This document shows, one piece after another, positions 9,375 to 17,868 of a stretch of DNA of 20,051 nucleotides. Position numbers and translations under genes: made by a program. The notes below the pieces were generated by a model. That model did no database searches, was not told where the DNA came from, and saw only the letters and a list, made by a program, of their open reading frames with translations. The DNA is from Amoeboradix gromovi X-113. Lineage: Eukaryota; Fungi; Sanchytriomycota. Where the stretch lies: contig JADGIF010000101.1 of the NCBI GenBank assembly GCA_018985225.1, forward strand, positions 1 through 20,051. The letters run 5' to 3'. Positions within the stretch are counted from its first letter, which is position 1, and each line of letters opens with the position of its first letter.

Positions 9375-10930
9375 GAGGATATAGGACTGGTTTGCAACGA
9401 ACTGTTGATGACCTTGAGTGTTTCCCTGAATTTTGAGTTGCAGTTATCTGGTAATTTAACAAGCTTCCTCGAAATCATTTCATCTCGAATGCAAGCAATT
9501 TTTGAATCCTCAACTAAAGTTGCAAGACTCTTGCTTGTCTGGATTGCTGCCAGTTTGAAGTGGTTACATTCAATGGTTATATCTTTGTGGAAGTCTAGCT
9601 GCTTTTCTGCCTGCTTGCTCGCTTCAAAGGATGTTATTGTAAATATCCATTTAAAACCGCATGGATCATAAACATCTGCAAAGTCATCCCGGGAACCCTT
9701 AAGCTTCTCATGAATTGATCCCTTCTTCTGTTGCTGTGCTGACTTGCTGTTTTTAGCAAGCTGCACATCTACCTTGAAGTTACTGGCTAGTTCTTCTAAT
9801 GATACCTTCAGCGGTAGTCCTACATTTTCTATCTCTTTGAATAGGGTTTCAATAAGCACTTCGTTTCTTGTTGGCAATGCCATTTCCCTCATTAGATACA
9901 TCCATGAATGCATCTGCTCGTCTACAAACAGCTGAACATATGCAGTGTTGACCGGTAGAAATAAATTTTTTGCATTGCTACTTGTAAACTCGCCAATGAG
10001 TTCACGACCAGCCGCTAAGAACTTTACCTTGAACATCATCTCTGTGAAGCATTTTGCTTCCACCTGCAGGAGCAAACTGGAATTTGAGTCGCCATTTATC
10101 TGATATTCACACATCTTCCCTTTATAAACAGGTACATAGTACCCGTGCACCTTGACTGTTTCTAACAATGTTCTGTCTAACAATTTGCCATAGCTGTAGA
10201 ATTCTACCTCATGGCTCGTGTTAACTATAAAACTGTCCTGCGGATGCGCACCCCTAGTGAGGATGTAAGCGAGGTTGTCTTTAGACGTTATGCTAAGTGA
10301 CTTCTCAACTAATGTTAGCCCGGACCGCACTTCAAAGTCTTTTACATCGACAAATGAGCCGTATAGAGTCTCTATAAGATTAGCCGATGGAGGAACAAAT
10401 ACGAGCGAATGAGGAGGAATAATCAAACCAGATATGCCTTTCGTGTTGATTGATACAAGGCATCTGTTTCCTTTATGAAAAATCTCAATTTCAGAAAGCA
10501 GTGAGAAGTAAAAAATCAAACTAGCTTGATTTTCCATTGTTTGGACAAAGCTGTTTCTGCAATCTATTTGATCCGGTGAATAGCTTATTATATCATAATC
10601 ATATCTTATTTCACCTAAAAATATCATTCGTAAATTGGACTTCAGACCAAGCTGAACAATAACTTTATAAGCTAATAAATAAACCAAATCAGTGTAATCT
10701 ATACATAATGCACCTTCTATAAATGGTAGACTTTGGTCTATGGCTATCTGTATTTTGTGTTCCATAAAGATAATGCAATCCTCTTTTAAAAACTGTAATT
10801 CCTCAGGCTTTAGCACATGTTTTATGACTTCAAATTTCTTCTTTAGATGCAAGTCAACAATGACAACACACTCTTGTGAACTTTCAAATTTCCATGATAA
10901 TTTGGAAATGCAGGGATTTTCGATCTTCAT
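9323..10930 (-). CDS. Hypothetical protein (535 aa). The last ~17 codons derive from the RPB1 fragment read out of frame.
   Basis: Long ATG-initiated ORF with no recognisable domain. It overlaps the RPB1-homologous sequence at 9323-9374. Confidence 0.7.
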   Translation of the reverse strand: MKIENPCISKLSWKFESSQECVVIVDLHLKKKFEVIKHVLKPEELQFLKEDCIIFMEHKIQIAIDQSLPFIEGALCIDYTDLVYLLAYKVIVQLGLKSNLRMIFLGEIRYDYDIISYSPDQIDCRNSFVQTMENQASLIFYFSLLSEIEIFHKGNRCLVSINTKGISGLIIPPHSLVFVPPSANLIETLYGSFVDVKDFEVRSGLTLVEKSLSITSKDNLAYILTRGAHPQDSFIVNTSHEVEFYSYGKLLDRTLLETVKVHGYYVPVYKGKMCEYQINGDSNSSLLLQVEAKCFTEMMFKVKFLAAGRELIGEFTSSNAKNLFLPVNTAYVQLFVDEQMHSWMYLMREMALPTRNEVLIETLFKEIENVGLPLKVSLEELASNFKVDVQLAKNSKSAQQQKKGSIHEKLKGSRDDFADVYDPCGFKWIFTITSFEASKQAEKQLDFHKDITIECNHFKLAAIQTSKSLATLVEDSKIACIRDEMISRKLVKLPDNCNSKFRETLKVINSSLQTSPISSKSGLLLLWIWVEVRMT

Positions 10931-12277
10931 TGTTTTTGGGCCTCAAAAAGCATAAAAAGATACGTAAGCATCTGCAATTAATTATTTGACCCTAAGGACA
11001 GATTTTATAATATGGCTGAGAGCGTAGTCTCATTGTGAATCACAGTTCTATTATTGTAATGGACTGATGATATCCTATATGAAACATACACAAAACCTAG
11101 ATCAGCTTTTTAGGATCGATATCCAAACAGCTCAATTGTTTTCTTGAATAAATCGTTTATCGCGAATTTGTATGCATATTTACATAATTTCATGACTTTT
11201 CCAGATTTTTCCAATAGCTCAAATACTCGATCTTCTTCCTTTTTGCAAATGGTAAATGGAATTAATGGATTTAATACCGAACGTGTCAATTCTAAAGAAG
11301 TAACTAGTAGGTACAGCATACATTCATCAACACTGAGGAACTGGCCCAAGCATGGAACAATTATATGTATTTCAACTCGTTCTCAAAAGAGACCAACGAT
11401 AAATAAACTCGTAAACTATTTATTTAATAATTAGTATGCTATTGGTCTTACAATATGTGCAACAATAGAGACCATATGGCAGCAAGGAAAATATACATCA
11501 AATATATGTATCCTTATTCAATCCCGTCTTAGGATAGTGCAAGCATGAGCAGTCATTGTAATGGAGCATCTAGCACTACCAGTCTCTCTCGGAAATCAGG
11601 ATCTTTAACGAGGAGATATAGTTGAGCGGAATATTGTCGTATTTTTGCCCCCCAATACTCTAGACGTCATGTCGTTGTTAGGGATTCGTGTTCTTTGCCT
11701 ACCAGGTGTTTCACTTTGCTTACTAAACTTCTTGAGAGCTGAATATTGAAGTAAAATACATTAACGTCTCAATTAACGGCTTCATAACTGCGAGTACATT
11801 CGCGTAACCTTGGATCACTACGTGATCATAAATGCTCAAGTAACTGAAATCATTTACACGCCAGCATACAATCTTTAATGTCTATCTGTGCATTAAGCAG
11901 AAGATTATACTTTTGCCAAAACAACACACTGGCATCTTGTACGGGATGCTACAATGGCTCTTTTGCTGTGCTTATAATTATTTCGTACATGGTAAATCAT
12001 TTTATTATCAGGTTCGCTCTATCGTCTTATTCATGATTGTGGCAGTGTCTTTGTCAACACAAGGCTTTTGCACCAGACTCTATTAAGTCTGTTGGTTTTA
12101 AATGGTGGATTTGGAGAAGTATATTGGCTGATAAGATTGCACAATATAGGTTTGGATTCCTTTGGAATCAGATTTTTCAAATCTATCAAGGTATCTTTTT
12201 TTCAATTTATCATATGATTTATTCTCATACTGCCATTCATAAAGGATATCCTATTTTTATAACGAAACATCGGGTTT

Positions 12278-12901
12278 ATGTCAAATCCTTCTAATGAAAT
12301 AATAGATTTAACAGAATCAGTTGATGACAACCGAAGAAGAAGTACACGTAGATGTGTTAGAAATCGATTGATGACTGCTACACCACGAAGAAGGCGTGCC
12401 CATTCCAGTAATAATTCGGCTCGGCATGTAAATAGCTTTTTAATCAGAAGGCCGATCAATAGACCCAACAGAACGCTTAATGGAAGAAGGATGGAATCGC
12501 ACGGTTTCGAACAAAATTTCCTGGCTGAAATTGATGCAGAGTCAAATTATATGAACACATCAAATGGCTTAAATCGTGCTACGATAAACAGTTTACTAAC
12601 TACTCGTGTCGGAGAGGAATACACTGAGATAATAGACCTGACTGCGGTTGATAGCAGCGATGTTATTGATTTGACTAACGATGACCTATATGTTGCCAAA
12701 CCAGAATATACCATAATTAGAGAAAAGGTTAGTAAGCCAAATTGCAACCTGACTGGGAGCTGCACAATTTGCTTGGAAGAATTCAAAGCAAAAGATGAGT
12801 GCCTTGTTTTCAATTGCAAACACTCTTTTCATCGGAAATGTGTGACCAACTGGCTAACCCTTAAGAATTCATGCCCATTATGTAGAAAACCAGTCTCTTA
12901 A
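12278..12901 (+). CDS. RING-H2 E3 ubiquitin ligase with three SUMO-interacting motifs (putative SUMO-targeted ubiquitin ligase), 207 aa
   Basis: C-terminal CTICLEEF...CKHSFHRKCVTNWL...CPLCR (C3H2C3). SIM-like motifs EIIDLT, EIIDLT and DVIDLT have acidic flanks. An Arg-rich N-terminal segment is NLS-like. Confidence 0.85.
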   Translation: MSNPSNEIIDLTESVDDNRRRSTRRCVRNRLMTATPRRRRAHSSNNSARHVNSFLIRRPINRPNRTLNGRRMESHGFEQNFLAEIDAESNYMNTSNGLNRATINSLLTTRVGEEYTEIIDLTAVDSSDVIDLTNDDLYVAKPEYTIIREKVSKPNCNLTGSCTICLEEFKAKDECLVFNCKHSFHRKCVTNWLTLKNSCPLCRKPVS

Positions 12902-12932
12902 TAAAATTTTCTTTCACGTTACTCTCCTTTAA

Positions 12933-14225
12933 ATGTGTATGTGCATTGGAACGGAATGTGCGTGTTGTTTTGGTGGGATGGCCTGCAGATGTGTGAGTTC
13001 AATCTGTGGCAATGTAGGCAGCTCTGTAGCAACTCGTGCTGGATACGGTATCTTGTTTTTGTTTAATGCCATCTTGTCGTGGGTCAGCTTAAGCGATGCA
13101 TGGGATAGAAAATTAGAACAACTGGCCCATGGGTATTTAAAGATAAAGTGTCCTCAGGGTAATTGTTATGGTGTGTTGTCTGTTCATCGAATCCAGTTTG
13201 CGTTAACAATTTTTCATTTTTTCCTCAGCCTTCTCATGCTAAATACCAAGTCTTCCAATGATCCTCGAAGTTCTATTCAAAAGGGATGGTGGGGTCCTAA
13301 ACTGATCATATATTTCGGATTGATAGTGGCTGCATTTTTTATACCGAATGAATTTATAGTCTTTTATTCCAACTATATCGCAATCATTGGTGCCTTTTTA
13401 TTTGTGCTAATTCAACTTGTCTTATTAACAGACATGGCCCATACATTTACTGAAAGAATGATTGAAAACTGGGATATTGAAAAAAACAATTTTTATTTGG
13501 GTGTTTTAATCTCTACTAGTCTAATCCTTGTTATTGCTACCTTAACACTTACCGTCCTAATGTTTGTATGGTTTGGTAAGGACAAGTGCAGTCTCAATCA
13601 GTTCTTCATTTCTTTTAATTTAATCCTCTGCTTTGGATTAACATTAGCGTCAATTAGCCCTGTGGTCCAAGAACACAACCCCAAGTCTGGTTTGACCCAA
13701 GCCAGCATAGTGATGTCTTATTGCACCTATTTGATCTTTAGTTCGATAGTTAACGAACCGCATAACACTTGCAATAAGTTTGATTCACCTGGATCCAGAT
13801 CAACTACGGTAATTCTGGGCGCATTGTTTACATTCGTAGCTATCTTATACTCTACTTCTTCTGCCGCAACCAGAGGTACTCAATTAATTGGAGAATCAAA
13901 TACTCCTTTAATTGATAACGCCGCCAGTCGTGAAGAGATGAGTACCGAAATATCAGGGAAGTATCCTCATGATGATGAGTCCATTGGGTGTTTATATAGC
14001 TACTCATTCTTTCACTTTGTCTTTGGGATCGCCTGCATGTATTTGTCGATGCTAATGACTAATTGGAATACGATGACTTCTATAACAAGCAATGGAGAAC
14101 AGTTTGTAGAAATAGGGCAGGGATGGGCTGCTGTATGGGTAAAGGTAGCTAGTTCGTGGATTGTTGTGCTGCTATATTTATGGACGCTTTTTGCGCCGAT
14201 CTTATTCCCAGAGAGAGAATGGTAA
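12933..14225 (+). CDS. TMS1: Serine incorporator SERINC/TMS1/TDE family membrane protein (430 aa)
   Basis: Cys-rich N-terminus, SSVATRAGY, CYGVLSVHRI, DPRSSIQKGWWGPK, FVLIQLVLLTDMAH, VQEHNPKSGLTQAS, YSYSFFHFVF..ACMYLSMLMTNW, AVWVKVASSW..LLYLWTLFAPILFPEREW. Complete and intronless. Confidence 0.95.
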   Translation: MCMCIGTECACCFGGMACRCVSSICGNVGSSVATRAGYGILFLFNAILSWVSLSDAWDRKLEQLAHGYLKIKCPQGNCYGVLSVHRIQFALTIFHFFLSLLMLNTKSSNDPRSSIQKGWWGPKLIIYFGLIVAAFFIPNEFIVFYSNYIAIIGAFLFVLIQLVLLTDMAHTFTERMIENWDIEKNNFYLGVLISTSLILVIATLTLTVLMFVWFGKDKCSLNQFFISFNLILCFGLTLASISPVVQEHNPKSGLTQASIVMSYCTYLIFSSIVNEPHNTCNKFDSPGSRSTTVILGALFTFVAILYSTSSAATRGTQLIGESNTPLIDNAASREEMSTEISGKYPHDDESIGCLYSYSFFHFVFGIACMYLSMLMTNWNTMTSITSNGEQFVEIGQGWAAVWVKVASSWIVVLLYLWTLFAPILFPEREW

Positions 14226-14277
14226 ATTATTAAAAAATTAATAAACAACTTGATATAAACTGTATTTACTTGCTTGC

Positions 14278-14976
14278 TTACCCCAGTCTAAAATACACGA
14301 TCAGAGTAAACAGGATGGAAATTGTTAATTCCAAAGTGCAGTCACTAGAGGGACTGGAGTAAACCGAAATCCTGCGAATTCCAACAAGGTATATAAATGT
14401 GATAACTAGAATCGAGAGCAAGAACCTGAGTTTGTTGTAGCATTGGCTAGCAAATTTGGAAGCTAAAAACGGATACAATGGATCATCAACAGATGAGGAG
14501 ATAGCTTGGTGACTCATATGGTGCTTAACCAAATGTAACTCATAAGACCTTTCCCTGTAGTTATATTTGTAACGAGACTGGAAAAGTGGATTAGTCGAAT
14601 TTTGTTCCTGATACGGAAACGGAACATCTAAATGGGAAAGAAGTAACAGCAGATATTCAGTATCGCTTGGACAGGTGCTCAGTAGGAACATGGTATCTGA
14701 ATATCGTAATGAACATGATTTCCAATCCCCAATATCTTTACTGGGAAATTCAGATTTAGGACTAGAACCTAGAGGCTTCGAGTTTGGTATTACATTCGGA
14801 AACAAATAAAACCCATTATTAAAGTAGACATCTATGTAACACCTGTTGCTGCAAAATCGCAAGTGAACATTTTTTGTGAGTTTCCTGAAAATACGATGCT
14901 CACCTAATTCATTTGCAATTTTTGAAGAGTATTGAGATATCTCTTTGCGTATATCATCGCATATTGTTTTGGACAT
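14278..14976 (-). CDS. Hypothetical protein with two C-terminal hydrophobic (TM-like) segments (232 aa)
   Basis: ATG-initiated ORF convergent with SERINC. Hydrophobic stretches FLLSILVITFIYLVGI and LTISILFTLIVYF. Confidence 0.65.
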   Translation of the reverse strand: MSKTICDDIRKEISQYSSKIANELGEHRIFRKLTKNVHLRFCSNRCYIDVYFNNGFYLFPNVIPNSKPLGSSPKSEFPSKDIGDWKSCSLRYSDTMFLLSTCPSDTEYLLLLLSHLDVPFPYQEQNSTNPLFQSRYKYNYRERSYELHLVKHHMSHQAISSSVDDPLYPFLASKFASQCYNKLRFLLSILVITFIYLVGIRRISVYSSPSSDCTLELTISILFTLIVYFRLG

Positions 14977-15626
14977 CCTCTAACAACTGTTGTAGACAGA
15001 TTCTGGTGGATGTCATTTTGTATCTGATGACGGCATTGCTTGATTGGAACAAAAATAAATCACACATCACGAGACATACCAGATAATTAATTAGATCAAC
15101 ATCTTCAAAGACTAGGCGCTTTGGCGAGTAAAAACAGTGACGGTATTATTATAAATCTACATACATGATTTTTCAAGCCCCTTTGGTCACTTCACGATAT
15201 GAGACCATTAGAGCAATAAAGAAATAGACACGCTTCCATTAGACAAAGTCTCTAAAACTTAGTTCCTTCATAGAACTTGGAAATTAAATTAGCCCATATT
15301 TTATGTCCCGTGCTATAAGCGATAATTCATTATTACCAATCTCTTGTAGACAAGATTTTAAAGTATTTTCTTGTTTCCGATACTTCAAGTACTCATTCCG
15401 CTGTACTTATAACTGGGACTCATCAGTTAATTATACAGCGTTTGGAAAATCTGTGTTTTTAATCCATCTTGTACAAATTACCTCTGTTTAAGCTCTTCTT
15501 ATTGTCAGATTAGGTGGTGTAGATCATGTTGTGCTATAAATTGCTTATTGTCTAGGACGCTCTTATTCTTAAATTAAATCTCAGATGATCAAGTTTAATG
15601 ACCTCAGAGAAAATAAAATTAATTTA

Positions 15627-17830
15627 TTAAAACTCATCTACATCCGATTCAAATTTGTCTTCGTCTACAACAACTCTTTTTACATTGTCTTGCAGTTTTT
15701 GATGGCGAGAAGAGGAGGACTGCTGCAGTGGCTGTTTTGTTTCATTTGACTGCTGCGGTGACTGTTTTGTTTCATTTGACTGCTGCTGAATTGTCAGCTT
15801 AACTGGCTGTTTTGAGAATAGTTGGTCAAAGTTGTTAGACGGTGGTACCGAATGTTCTTTTTCATGTATTGTTCTTCTGTCAAAGACTCTTGGTATGTTG
15901 GGTTCTTCCGTAACAGTTTCGAGCAGGGATCCACCGCGATTGAATACTCCATCCGTAGGTGTTGAAGATACACCCTCTTTCTTTCGTAATAGTCCCTTAA
16001 ACTGTGTTGCGGCTTTTGCCACAACAAACGGGTTGGCCTTTGGGGTAGAGGGAGTTAGCGAGCTAGCTATTTGACGAGCATCCGCATCCTTGTTCTTGAA
16101 GGATTGATAAAGTTTGGGTCGATTTAACGAGAGGGCCTTAAAAACAGGACTTTCGACTCTAAATTAGTTAGAAACTACTCATCGTCACTCCAATCCTCAT
16201 CATCTTGCATGTTCTTTAGAGGTGAGGCAACTCTCGAGGGCGATGGGGGTCTATCTCCTCTATAATCCCGCCAGCTAATTCTTTTTGGCGAACTACTTCT
16301 TGGTTGAGTTGCAGAAGCATTTCCTGAATCTCTTTGCTCATATCTGGATGATGAAGTATCAATTTGAAGGCTTGGTTTTGATTTTTGCTTCCTCTGAGAT
16401 GCAATTTGATCTATTTGATTTGACAAATAGCTCTTCATATCCTCAAAATACGGACGGGAAGCATCCAAATCAAATTCTTCTTGTCCAAAGATATTCTTGT
16501 TGATATCTCTTAATAACACTGGCTTTTCATCAATCACTTGGGACTCGCTATGTTTAAAAAATGTTTTCACCCAAGGCTTACTATCAATGGGTGAGAAGAT
16601 CTCATTCTTCAATATTTTCTCGTAATCATCCCATCCTGGTCTGTTCTCAAAGGTTCCTTCAATATTCTGAGTTTTCCTAATTGGTTCTTTTCCATCTTGC
16701 CTTTCTTCTTCATCTTCATTTTCCTCGTCATCAACTTCAATTTGCTCTTCCTCGCTAATGCTATCTAATGATTTGGCCTCAATTTGTGCTGGGTCTCTTT
16801 TGACCTTACCTTGCAAATGTGCAACCAAAGGTTTAAACTTTGGATTGCTTGTAGATTTGGAAAGGACAGTGACCGCATGCTTATTACTGTTGACACTACT
16901 TAAAGATTCTAACTCATTTGTTTTGGACTTACTTCTGGAGGCACTGTACTTACGAGTGTCATTTAGTTTGCTGTTACTTTTGAGTGATAAAGATTTCTTT
17001 AATTGATAAATCTCTTTTCGTAATTCTTCATACTCAGGCTTATCATCAAGTATCTTTACACTCTCTTGTTCCTTAATTTCATTTACAATATCTTTCTTCA
17101 TAGCATCCCATTTTTGGAACCATTTGTCTCTCTCCTCTATCAATTTGTTTTCCAAATCAAACTTATTTTTCTCCTCTCGCTCCCTTTCTTGCTGGATGTG
17201 AAGTTCCTTGACTTGCGCTTCTGTGGCATTGAGCTGAGTTGACATAACTGATAACACTTCAGTGATCTTGTCCAACAATGGGTCCGTTCTTTTGGATTTA
17301 TAGTCGCCTTTTGAATCATAATACTCACTTAGACAATCTGCATGTCTTCTCTTCACATGCGATTCTAAATAACTATCGCTAGTAAATGATTTCGAACAGA
17401 ATTCACATTTGAAATAAGAACTAACTTGATTGTTTGGTAACTTATGCGCCATTTGATATGCATACACAGTCTTTTTCAGCAATTTGTTTTCCTTCTTTAG
17501 GTCCTCGTACTCATTATTTTGATTCAGTCTATTATTTTTCAAATCTTTCATGCTATACTCCACCTCACTTAGACTCTTTTCCAACTCATTATTTCTTTCT
17601 TGAACATGCTTGTTTTTAGTCATCAAATACTCATTTAGTAGTTGAGATAACTTGAATAGTTTTATCAAATTAATATCTTGGAATCTTTCCTTGTCTATGT
17701 TACAATATGTTATCATGTCCATAATCTCCATGAGCTCTTCTGTATTATTTTCCTCTTGTATTCTTTCTGGCGTAACTGCTCCTATTAGCTTCCAATTAAT
17801 TTCTTTATTTTTCGGATGAAAAGTAAACAT
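15627..17830 (-). CDS. DZIP1: DZIP1/Iguana-like ciliary basal-body zinc-finger coiled-coil protein; two exons (17830-16179, 16158-15627), 727 aa
   Basis: N-terminal Dzip-like domain (FTFHPKNKEINWKLIGAVTPERI...ITYCNID...LIKLFKLSQLLNEYLM), a coiled coil, and a C2H2 finger (FKCEFCSKSFTSDSYLESHVKRRH). Splicing out 16178-16159 joins ...WSDDE-VESPVFK... in frame through to ORF 15627-16022. Confidence 0.85.
15718..15786. repeat. 30-bp coding tandem repeat, about 2.3 copies (QQSNETKQ[SP/PL])
   Basis: gactgctgcagtggctgttttgtttcattt / gactgctgcggtgactgttttgtttcattt / gactgctgc, with 2 mismatches between the full units. Confidence 0.85.
16159..16178 (-). other. 20-nt GT-AG micro-intron in DZIP1
   Basis: Minus strand reads GTAGTTTCTAACTAATTTAG: GTA donor, CTAAC branch point, TAG acceptor. 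It contains the apparent TAG stop, and its removal gives an uninterrupted frame for a further ~177 codons. Confidence 0.85.
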
Positions 17831-17868
17831 TTGGCCTAGCCAGAATTCAAAAAATCGAGTTTATTTAT

